From positions 178,312,001 to 178,376,000 of the forward strand of contig OZ024740.1 of the NCBI GenBank assembly GCA_964016885.1: DNA of 64,000 nucleotides, written 5' to 3'. This document shows positions 12,594-24,938 of this stretch, piece by piece. A program made the translations under genes and the position numbers. Every line of letters begins with the position of its first letter. Position 1 is the first letter of the stretch. The notes beneath the pieces are model-generated. The model saw only the letters and a program-made list of their open reading frames with translations, did no database searches and was not told the DNA's origin. Source of the stretch: Eledone cirrhosa (lineage: Eukaryota).

Positions 12594-15500
12594 ATGGCTA
12601 CTCACAGAATAGGTAGCATAAATGTACGTGGCCTGGGGTCGTCTTGGAAGCAGGGGCACCTGCTGAACGATCTCAGATCGCTAAACATAGATGTGGTGGC
12701 CATCAGCGAGACCAGAATCTCCGAGGCATGGGCCTTCGCACCGATCTTCGGCGGCTACGATGTGTACGCATCTCCCAGCCGTCCTGGATAGGGGTGGGGG
12801 TGGGGTGGTGGTGGTGGGGGGGGGGAGTTGGTGTGCTTTTCGGAGAGTTTTGGATCTCGCTATACGGGCCATCTTCCTGGACCCAGAAGGTAAGTTAGTG
12901 GTGCTGGACGTGACCAGCGGAGACGGGCAAGCTTTCAGGCTAGTGGCCATCTATGCCCCGATATGAGCAGGGCGGTCTGATTTCTTCCGGCGTCTGGAGA
13001 CCTTTCTTGGAACGTCCCGCTCTTTAGTGTTAGTGGGCGACTGGAACGGGATCTTAGATGCACGCTGGGACTGTGTAGGATTAGCGGATAGGGGAGGAGG
13101 GTGCAAGAGCCTCACCAACCTGCTCAGGCGTTTTGAACTGTCTGACAGGTACCGATTAGATTTCCCGAATGTGCAAATGTGGACTTGGACAAACCGTATC
13201 AGGTCATCCAGATCATATCTAGATAGAGTATTTAGTAGGGAAATATATAGGTCTAGCAAAGGCTGTCCACAATTCAAGATAGTCAGCAACACGGACCACA
13301 AATTCCTGATCTGTGTGGTTGATTTAGATAGGCTTCATAGACAAGGACCCGGCTACTGGAAGCTAAACGCGTCCTTACCAGCGCGCAAGTCCTACGGAGA
13401 CCGGATTAGCGAACTAGTTAAGCGGGCGTTGACGGGGTCCATCGTCAACAACAAGTGGTGGTTTGCTCTGAAAAGAGCCATTAGAACAGAGTCCATTAGG
13501 TTTAGTAAGGCTTTAGCAATAGAGAAAAACAGGGCAGAGGGAGAACTAGTTAGAAAATTAGACGAGACGCTTAGCAAGGCATCGCGACCGACGTACTTGC
13601 GGTGAAATTAGCCCTTGACCAATTCTTCAATGCAAAGCACGAAGGCTGCGTTGTCAGAGCTAGGGTGCGTGCTCTCAGACACGAGGGGACGAAAGCCGTT
13701 CAATGGGCCCGAGTGGCGGAGGCGCGTCATGGAAACAAAGCCACGATCCGGTGTTAGGTGGACCACGACGGGCGCATGCTACTCGATCCCGGGCAAACGT
13801 GTGAAGCTTTACAGCGACACCTCGCTCAGCTGTTCGGGGGCAGCGGCGGCCCGGATCGAGGGATGGACATTAGTGTCTACCTTGACAGACTGCCGCGGCT
13901 CTCGGCCACTGAGGCGGAGTGTTGCGAAAAGCCAATAACAGCAGCTGAAGTACGGGAGGCAATGACTGGCTGTACAAGGGGTAAATCGCCTGGTTTGGAT
14001 GGTCTGCCCTATGAACTTTACGTACAGATGCCAAATATGTTCGGAGGCCTCTTGGCGGACGTCTACTGCAACTGGCAACAGAACCATAGAATTCCCAGCT
14101 CTGTGAGCCGAGGAGCGGTGGCGCTTCTGAAAAAGGATCCGAACAAGGCGGATGACATAGATAATTTCAGGCCCATAACTCGGCTAAACACTGAGTTCAA
14201 GATTTTGGCCAAGGTGCTAGAAAAGAGGTTGGCGCTTGTCGTTGGTGTTCTGGTAGGAGAGGCGCAGACATGCGCCATTCCCGATAGATCCATCCACGAC
14301 AACCTCCACCTCATGCGATACATCGTGGAGCGGGTAGCTAGGGAACCTGGCACTGGTGGGTCCTTGATTAATTTAGATCAGTCGAAAGCTTTCGATAGGG
14401 TCGACCATCGTTATCTGGCGGCAGTCCTGAGGGCGGCTGGCTTTGGGCCCGTTTTCAGAGGCTGGATCGCTGCCATGCACAGCGACATCTGCTCTGTGGT
14501 GAGAGTGAACGTCAGCTTTCAGAACCGTTCAACATCATGCGCCCGCTCCGCCAAGGATGTCCCCTCTCGTCCCTTTTGTACGTATTGACTCTCGAGCCAT
14601 TACTGCACAAACTGGAGACGTTGAGGGGTTCCTGCGCGAAATAGGATGCGGAAGATCCGTGTCAGCATATGCGGACGATATCACCGTAGTGGTGTCGAAC
14701 GCCAAACACATCAAGGCGATCGGCACTACACTAAGAGAATACGAAGCGGTGACAGGAGCAATGATCAACCATGAAAAGTCGGTGGGCCTGCAGCTCGGCA
14801 CCTGGAGAGGCAGGTCCATGCCGTCCAACAGCGTCGTCGGGCGCTGAACGGACGGACCGGTTAAATTGCTAGGGGTCTGGTTCGGTCCGGACCTCCAGAC
14901 GGACAAAAACTGGGACGAGGTGACTAGCAGGGTGGCTTCTCTCATCCAGAAACGGGCGGAGGGGAAGCTATCCCTGAAAGGTCGAGCGGAGATGGCTAAC
15001 GCGTACATCGCGTCCGTCATCTACTACCGCCTGACCGTCGTGCCTTGACCTAAGCCTCGCCTGACTGCGCTGGAGCGTTTGCTCTTTCGCTTATTGTGGA
15101 AGGGACGCTCTCCGATGGTCAGGCGGTCCATCTGCTGTCAACACCCGCTGCGTGGAGGGCTGGGCATGCCGTGGCTGATGATGCGTAGACACACGCTCAG
15201 ACTATGACAACTCCACCTCTTCCTCGACGGTGATCAGGTGTTGTTGCCGTTTGTTAGACGCGTCTTTCCCCAGCTCATCTCCTTGACGGAGCTGCAGTCC
15301 TGGGTCAAGCGAAGGCCGATAGGGTGCGCTTGGAGACTTGAATGTCTTCAGGCGCTCACAGCCCTCGACCAATCGGGCAATGTGATCGGTGGAAACTCCA
15401 CCTTGGCGTTCTATAGAGGATTAGTGGAGGGGAAGAGCGACGACGTACTAGGGGAATCTGTAGGCGTCGACGAAAATCAACTAGCCAATCTCTTCGGAAG

Positions 15501-16034
15501 AACTTTCGGGCCGGGGCCTATGGACAACTTCCAGAAATCCCTGGCCTTGCAGTGCTACCGAGGAGCTTTGCCAGTTCGGGATAAACTCTACAGGCATGGA
15601 GGTGCCGTCAGCCGGGTATGTCCGAGATGCGCGCAGGGCTACGAACCGTCTTGCACGCACTCGTCCAGTGTCCGAGCATTGCTGACTTGTGGGTTTATGT
15701 CGAACACCTGCTGTCGCGTGTAGGACGGATCCAGCTATCAGCTGAGACCATCGTGAGGATTGCCCCGCCCTCTTCCTTTAGCCGGGAAGGGCAAGCAGTT
15801 TTTATCTGTCTGGTGGCTATGGCGAAAGAGATAGTATGGTGGACACGTTTGAAAGGGCTGAAGACGAGCACTTACCTCTTCGGTGATGCCCTGATTAACT
15901 TTTTCAAATTTCATTTGAAAAGGAAAATCAGGGTAGAGAGGCAAGTGCTCTCTTCCCAGCATTTTGTTGAAAGATGGGTGAGAGAAGCAAGTATAGCCCG
16001 AGTGAATGGGCCTACTCTTAGTATGTGTCTATAA
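12594..16034 (+). pseudogene. ORF2 APE endonuclease-reverse transcriptase, multiple frameshifts and stops
   Basis: IGSINVRGL, VGDWN, SYLDRV, TDH (APE); KSPGLDGLP, FRPIT, DQSKAFDRVDH, AYADDI (RT); CPRC...H...C finger. Confidence 0.9.
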
Positions 16035-17208
16035 ATTAAAGGTGGAAAACTGGGAGAGGGCACATGCCCTGGTGGTCAGGGTCACTGTGGCTTTTTAATG
16101 AGCTTTCTCCACGAATGTACCTCGGAAGTCTCCCCCTATTGGGGAATTTTTTCATTGTTCTATTATTACATCCTCCGGTTTTGGTTTTTTTTACACGCAC
16201 AAATGCCCTTTTGTACCGTCCTTTATTGTCCTGTACTGTCCTTAATGTCTACTTTGTGTAAACCCTTTTGGTTAATAAAGAAAGCATTATTATTCAAAAG
16301 TAGAAACCATTATTATTATTATTTCTTTTTTTTTTACCAACTGTACTTGTGATCCATTATTTTTCTCGTGACTACTTTTGGATGCTGTTGTGCTTGTATA
16401 TTGGGCTCTTAAATGATTATTTAAGGCAACATAAAACACACTACTACCATCAACTTTCAGCTATAGTCGCTTGTTAGATTGCTCCAATACTTGTTGCACA
16501 AGACACATTATCTCGAAGCACTTTCAGAACTTCGATTTTACACAAAAGAAAATCGGCGTCTAACCTCACTGTTTTCAATTTACGTTTACACATGTACGCG
16601 CGTGTGCACAAACTCATTTACTTTATATACATAGAATATACACGAAATACACACGATTACACAAATGTTAGGTCAATGCAGTCAATTTCTGTTTATCCTT
16701 GTATTTCTGTGTCGCCATGATAAGGAAAAATTTCCAATAAAGCCAACAGTGTAAAGCTGTATGAAAAATTTTATCTATGGAATTCCAGCTCCTACTTATC
16801 TGAGACATACATGCAGCGGGCTGTTGACATTTCTAACATGAACCTGTATCGACTGCTATTCTCTTTCTATGGTGGTAAATTCCTGTTACCTCAGTATGTG
16901 GTCAGGCTATATGAAACATTTAGTTGTAGAATTTTTCGAATTTACCTGACATACACATATACACACGTACATACTCATACACACAAACACACACACATAC
17001 TCTCTCTCTCTCTTTCTATTTCTCACTCTCTCTCTCACACACACACAAACATAATTGACTAGAAATGATATATAATCAGAGAGATAATTGATATGAATGA
17101 ATAGTAGAACGAAAGTAAGTGTTAAATGTTCACACACATACACACATACACACACACGCACACGCACGCACGCACACACACACGCACACATATACACACA
17201 CACACATA

Positions 17209-17308
<100 letters not shown>

Positions 17309-17386
17309 CATATACTTCCATATACTCATAGAAATCAATGTGCATGCACATATCTCCATTTCAAAATACACAATATCTCACTTTCA

Positions 17387-17467
<81 letters not shown>

Positions 17468-17891
17468 CCCCCTCTCTCTCTCTCACTCTGTCTCTACTCT
17501 CCTTTCTCTCATTTCTTCTCTTGCACGGCCACATACGTAGGCGCGTTCATATACAATCTCTCATGTTTGAGTATATAATCAATAAAAACGTTAATACCTG
17601 GGAGATAGCATCCGATAATGGTAGCTGCTAAGTGGCTGACAAAGTAAATAGAGGATGTTCAAAGTCTCTATGGCAACGAGACATTGATTTGCAAATTATT
17701 TTTCTTGATTTTGTTATTGTTGCTCTTATTAATGTTTCGTTACTATCTTTATTGTTGTTGTTGTTGTTGTTGTTTGATATGTTCATTGTTTTTGTGGTTG
17801 GTTTGTGTTTCGATAATGACGAATATCCAAAATAGTTTGTGTTCAAAGAATGGATCATTAAATAGATGTGTATATCCTGACCAAGCGCTGT

Positions 17892-18029
<138 letters not shown>

Positions 18030-18483
18030 TGTAGTAGTAGTAGTAGTAACAGAAGTATGGCTGACAACTAAATAGCGTTAATGTGAGCAAATATTTATGT
18101 ATTAGTTAGTATAGTTTGTAACATGATATAATTTGCGTGTATGTTGATAGTTTAAGTTGATTTTGCTTTGCGTGTGTATGCCTCTGTATGTGTGTGCGTA
18201 TCTATAATAATGATGATATTGATAATATATTTGATGAAATGTATGAATGGGCAAAGCGTATACGTTACACACACACATACAGATACACACACAGATACAC
18301 ACACAGATACACACACAGATACATACACAGACACACACTTTCTCCCCTCTCCTCTCTTTAAATATATATATATATATATATATATATACGCCTGAAAGTC
18401 GGAATTCTCTTCTCACATATGTAAGTCTGCGTGTGGGACTGTATATGTATAATATCATATATATATATATATATATATATACA

Positions 18484-18663
18484 TAATTGTTTCTACTTTA
18501 GGCACAAGGCCAGAAATTACCCAGTGCATTACTGGTACTTTATTTCATCGACCCCGTAAGGATGAAAGGCAAAGTCAACCTCGGCAGGATTTGAACTCAC
18601 ATCGTAAAGGGACGTAACTATGCTGGAAAGCATGGCGTCTGACCCTCTACCGATACTGCCAAA
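18484..18663 (-). mobile_element. tRNA-derived SINE (family 1)
   Basis: High similarity to 1865-2054. Confidence 0.85.
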
Positions 18664-18747
18664 TGGTAGTATGTGTGTATATACACTCATACATATGTGT
18701 ATACACACATATATATATATGTGTGTATACACATATGTATGTGTGTA

Positions 18748-18785
<38 letters not shown>

Positions 18786-20674
18786 TGTGTGTGTGTGTGT
18801 GTGTGTGAGTGTGTGTATAACGTTAGTATGCGGTTGCGCATACTATCGTCATAGATTTCTCCCCATCTAGCTAATTTCAAAATCTCTATATTAGATTTTT
18901 CACCTGGAATTATCTAATTAATTATCTGTGGAAATACACTAGAGTCTGACATATTTAATATGTGAGTTGAAAACCTACGATTAACTGTGTGTAGCCACGC
19001 AATTAGAAGACAAAATCCATCTTAGTGGTGTGTAAAATCTAAAACCACAGACATTGGAAATATTTCCTATAATATTAATTAATTAAAAGTGGATTTGGCC
19101 TTTAAAGCCAAATGGTGAAAGCGAATAACATCTTCTTATCTTATTAGACCTCATCAGGCAAGTAGATGGCGTTCATTTCGTAATCAATATATAAAGGAAT
19201 GAGTGAATATAGTGACAAAGAGATTATCAATATTATGGCTGTCGGAAACAATCTTTAGGGTTGTTCTATTTGATACTTATAGAAACAGTAACATATTACA
19301 TATGTAATATAATGTATAGAAATATTCTAACTGAAATTATATATGGAAGTAATATATAAACACTACCTATGAGAATGTTTAACATCTAAAAACAATAGAA
19401 GCGCCTCTACATTGCCTCTGTTTCTGTGAATATGAGTATCGATCACCTCTTGGCCTTTCTGATTGTGAAGACTGTGAAGTAAGAACGAAACGTCCGTTCT
19501 TTTCACTATTTGCCTTTAAAGACAATATACACTCTCATACTAGATATTTGGTATATATCAAAATTTCAATAATTTAACACTCCAGGAGTTTTATTCGTAG
19601 CCTGTAGTTTTGGATGTTTTTATCTAATAATTGTATGAATATATCTGTTAAAAGATGTTTTAAAATTCACTCTATTTCAGGTGACCCTGCATTTGTATGC
19701 ATAAGGTGTAGTACTCTCTCTATATATATCTTTGTCTACATTTTGCTCTCTCATTCTTTACACCCACACAATGACATACAAATTCATTCATGCACACAGT
19801 CATCCATACAGTACTCTCACACTCACACACACATACACACACACATATACGTGGATCTTCTGTGTAGAGACATCAAAGCTAAATAGATAAATCCACAACA
19901 TAAAAACACATTAACTCATAAAAACACATTAACTCACATTGATACAAACAAGTACACCAGCATATATAAATACATGCACATTCTAAAGAATGTTGGCACT
20001 GCGCAACAAATCAAATTGTTTTTATTAGAAACAGTAACCACAGTTTTCCCAAAATAATTTGTATGTAACTTACTCTGTTATCCATGGTGGTGGCTATGGT
20101 GGTGGCAAGACGTAATTATGAATTAATAAATATATACATATAAAGTAATAAAGTAGACAGGAGGTTTAGAAATGAGGAAAAACTCAGAAACAACAAAAAT
20201 TGATTGGCATAAAACGTTTTAAACATATTTGTAAAGTATGGACAACCACCGAGGATTTATTCATAAACAAATAGCTTGGAATATTATTTTATGAATAAAG
20301 TGGAGCACTTTTTAACTAATAAATCATCATTTACGTGTATAGACAGCGCATATATTCATCCATCCGACATTAGACAGAGAAAAGTAACAGGGAAGAGAAT
20401 AATTAAAGAGGCGTAGCAATCATTTTTGCGTTTAAGATAGAGTCACTTTAAAAGTAATAATGTATTCATTGACGTCTAAATCCAATCTGCAGTATCACCA
20501 TTCACATATCAAGGAGACGGGGTGGATAATAAAAGGATGTAGGACGCGTTTTTGAAATATGATTAAAGTTAAAACATACCGTGTCCTTTGAAGCAAGTTT
20601 TATGTGTAAGAATGGGTTGTTTTAAAGCTAATAAAGAATTATTGAAATTTTATTATCGCTTAGTAAAGATGACG

Positions 20675-20792
<118 letters not shown>

Positions 20793-21159
20793 ATCCTCAA
20801 AGCCGAGGCCTGACTATAAAACATGAAAAGGAAGGGTCTCCACGAAAAGCATCCAAGAGCCTGGTGATGGTGTTAAGGCGGCCGAGGTATTAAGTACAAT
20901 TCCCAGGCAACCCTCTTTTTTATCGAGCTATCATTGGAAACAAATGGCTGTTTTTTCTTTAATCGTGATAGTCAAAAAGATATCTAAATAAGCCAAATCT
21001 CTAGGAAGCAATTTTATTTCTAAGTACTGGGTCAATTTAAAACTAATAAAGAAATCAATACCATGACCAGATAACCCTCGATTCATACATCTATCAGCAG
21101 GAAGAGAGCTAAGGGAAACAGTTTTTTTTTTCAAAATTGAGAATTAATACATATTCAGC

Positions 21160-21315
21160 GGTGCAGACATGATTATGTGGTCAAGAGGTTCGCTTCGCAA
21201 TATCGTGGATTCGGGTTTCGTCCTACCTTGTGGCACATTGGGCAAGCGTCTAGCGTCGAATTGACTAATGCTTTGCGAGTGAAATTTGGCAGATGAAAAC
21301 ATGCCGAATTCCGTC
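21160..21315 (+). mobile_element. Old tRNA-derived SINE (family 3)
   Basis: Degenerate A and B boxes (TATGTGGTCAAGA...CGGGTTTCGTCC) followed by GTGGCACATTGGGCAAG core-like sequence. Confidence 0.5.
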
Positions 21316-22201
21316 ATATGTTTATTTTCAGCGGATTGATAGGATACGTAGAGCGTCGAAAAGTTGCATTTCCGTTATTTCGTTGTGTTACTCTACTATT
21401 TCCCGAGCTTAAATCCCACCAAGGTTCCGGTCGACTGAACATTTCATCCCCCTCGCAGTTGTAGCAAAATTAAAGTAAACATCAAGTTCTAAATACTGAT
21501 ATATTCGATGATGTCTCTACACCAACATTTTATTGCCTTGTGTCAAGATAATTAGAAATCAATCCGAATAGGTTCTCTTCCTGAAATCCCTACACCTATT
21601 AAAATGCGTTGCATTACTTTTCAAATTCAGTCGTTTCCATCCGTTGATATATTATTTATCTTCCCGATTTAATGTAATTCACAATTTATACCTGAACTCA
21701 TGAGTTACACCTACATACATGCTCAGATTGTATCTATATAGGTGTACTTCAGTCCCGACAACAAGTATTCTTGTTGTTCAAACAACGAACCAGCATACAT
21801 GTTCATGAAATTATAGTGCATGTAGCTGTGCATTCCACACACATGAACTTTTAAAGCAGTTCTTCAGGATATTCAGTGTCACACAGGGTGTGACACGGCT
21901 TTCTATTTGAATAGCAGTTAACACAGATATTTGCCAGCCGAGCTCACTGGATATGAAATAAAGGACCTAGTTCAAGAACACGTCCTTATGATCGTGAGCC
22001 AAACAACATATGTGCTCAGTCATGACTCATCACACAACAATATATATATATATATATTGTATATATATATATATATATTCTATTATAAGTTGAGCCAACT
22101 TATGCAGCTTCATATGCAAATGAGATTAATCACCTCATTTACACAGATGAGAAAACTGTATATTCACGACTGTTCTCAAGTCCAGCAGTTGCAAGCGTGT
22201 T

Positions 22202-22256
22202 AGGGACCGTCCTGATGAAGACCATTCAAGGCTGAAATGCATAGCCGATTGTCCCT
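22202..22256 (+). ncRNA. Decayed type-I hammerhead candidate
   Basis: AGGGAC..-CUGAUGA(22212-18)-AG(A)CC AUUCAA GGCU-GAAA-UGCA-UA-..GUCCCU. Stem III AUGCAU is palindromic; proximal stem I is imperfect. Confidence 0.55.
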
Positions 22257-22392
22257 CTTACTTCTGCTGGACACCACCAGAGGGTGTTAGCTCCGGTGTT
22301 TGCATAGCTAAGGCCTCCAAATGTTTACACTGTAAACATACCGTGTTTCCTTAGGAATACGAAATTTCTATACATATCTATATATATATCTA

Positions 22393-22466
<74 letters not shown>

Positions 22467-22470
22467 CCAG

Positions 22471-22812
22471 GTAGGTGAAAGTGGCGAGAATGGCCCGTGT
22501 GAATGGGCCTTCACTTTACATAAGCCTGTAGGTGGAAAAGAGGAAGGAACGAGGGAGCACCCCCTCTCTGTGCTTCTGAGGAAAAGGGTTGCACACTTTT
22601 TTCGGGGGTGTGTGCGACCCCCCAAGGCGCCTCCTCTCTATTGAGGATTTTGTCATAAATTTTATTTTTTGTTATATTTTATTTTATTTTTATATTTTGT
22701 TATTGCCTCCTCCTTATTGAGGACGCCTTTTTGTGTAAACTCCCCCTTTGTACTTGTCCCACGTTTGATGCCCTGGTAGCAAATAAAAGAAACATATCTA
22801 TCTATCTACCAG
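22471..22812 (+). mobile_element. 5'-truncated 3' end of Tx1 subfamily B, flanked by an 18-bp duplication
   Basis: Homologous to 28260-28555. TATCTATCTATCTACCAG at 22453-22470 and 22795-22812. Confidence 0.8.
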
Positions 22813-23037
22813 TCGTGTGTAACTTCGCGGAGAAGTTTCCGTAAATTTATGTAAGAAAAACCGTGAGTTTTCAGTTAAATTTTATATTATTGTGTAACTT
22901 GATCCTCCGTATGGACTTTCAGGCGGTGGGTCAACTTATTTTCGCCCCTACAGGGGCGAAATATTTGTTTTAAAAATTTTTCTCCATCGAATTTTGAAAA
23001 AAATATCATAAGTTTGATTACGCTATGAACGCTGCGT

Positions 23038-24898
23038 TTGGCGAATAATGGTAGTGGAGAGTCGGTAAGACTACATAGCTCGCAGTCAACATCGTCTTCT
23101 TCCCTTTCCTTCTCCATAAATACTATGGAGATGGAAAGACGAAATCAAATTGTAAAAACAAATTCATATCCAAACGACACAAATGACACCAAACAGTACA
23201 ATGACAACAAAAATAACAACAACAACACCAATAATGATGATAAAAACAACAATGACAACAACAACAAAGAAAAAAATAAAGACAACACCAATAATACCAG
23301 CATCAAAGACAAGATCAACATCAACACCAAGGAAAATACGAAAATATCAACATCAGTGATGACAATAACAACAATAATGACAACACCACCAACACGGATA
23401 ATTCCACAAAGAATCCGAAAATCTCCTTTGCACAGACAGTTCAGAAAAAGGAGGAACAAACATATCTCGACATATCAAATGCCGAACAACTTCTAAAGGA
23501 CGCTAGAAGATATGTTACTTTCGAAAAGAATGGTGCTTTCAGCATCAATTCCCCTGTAGAAATTCGTAAGACCATAGTTTTTAGGACAGTTTCCAATTCT
23601 ACCTGAAAACCGGTCCAATTGTCACAGAAAGAAACTGAACTGGTTTTCAAAAATTCAATGAATGATATTTCATTCATTCAAAGAGGCAAACTCTTTGGGA
23701 GTATTTCGGTACTCATGAAGGATCAATTGACGGCCCAAAATTACTCTGTGTCGCTAATTGTATCCAACCTGTATACATACATGGGAAAAAGGACACAAAA
23801 GATTAGAATCACAAGTGTCACACCAAAGGTAAACAAAGATATGGTGGATACTGTGCGGCTTCATCAATTTTGATGAAGACAGAATACTTTCAGTAGGAAA
23901 GTCCCCCAGAGATGTATTTAATGGGACTAGCGTTGAAGTTCTGGTGCAAATGAGCCTAGAGCGAATAGCTATGATCCCACAACGTGTACTCCTGGACGGA
24001 CTTACCTACATAAACGTTTCGGTTGAGGGTAGGCGGCCTTGATGTTACCACTGCTTTAGCAGGGGTCACCTGAGGGCTTCCTGTCCTAAATTAACGAGTA
24101 AAAAAAAGACTCATCTGCCGACACGCATCAAAATAACACAACCACCAACACCACCACAACAACACCAACACACAAAAATAACCACAACAAACACAGTCCC
24201 ACCCAACCCCACTCCACCTAAAACCACTGCAAAATCACATACAGACACAACAGCTCCCCAAAACATACCCCTCCCCAATCACACAACGATACAACAGATG
24301 AGGCTATCTCGTCATCACCCAGTGAAGACGAGGGAGAACCCCATCGCTCGAAAAGAAAAAAAAGACACCACAAAAACAAAAGACCAGCAACACTACCACA
24401 AACATACAACCACCAACACAAACAACAAAAAACATCACAAACAAAACCCTCACCTCCTGAAAACAAAATACCTACAACAAAACGAAAGCACACACAAGAA
24501 CTACAGACAAAAACAAACACAAAACAAGAAAATTACACTTACACTTACATAAACACTGAAAACAAAACACTAATGGAGACCATCACGAACAATCATTTGG
24601 TGAAAACTGTATTAAAAATAACAACAAAATGAACCTAAAACTGATTAGGGTCCCTATACAAACTTATAGGTGCCTAAAAGAAACATTTGAAAAGGATGTG
24701 GGGATCTCCTGCGTGAAACCACTTAACCGCGTCCTTCTCAAATGTCTCCCCATCCCAGACACCCCCACCCCACCAGACAGCCCCACCGCACCAAACATCA
24801 CGGTCCCCACCCCACCGGAAACCACCATCCACCCAGACAACCCCTCCAACACCCCCATGGAAATCGTGCAGCCTGGTCTCCAGGAGGCGAAGAGGTGA
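23038..24898 (+). pseudogene. ORF1 of Tx1 subfamily B, disrupted
   Basis: N/T-rich N-terminus, VSVEGRRP*CYHC...H...C, and C-terminal fragment ending QEAKR*. Confidence 0.7.
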
Positions 24899-24938
24899 GT
24901 GATTTCTTTTCCTCTTCTTTTAACTTTTCAGCACCAAC

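Larger units (their letters stand above)
10523..16294 (+). mobile_element. Full-length, decayed Tx1-clade non-LTR retrotransposon (subfamily A)
   Basis: ORF1 with CCHC knuckle, ORF2 with APE, RT and zinc finger, AATAAA at 16274. (TTA)n lies on both flanks (10508-10522, 16286-16294). Confidence 0.9.
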
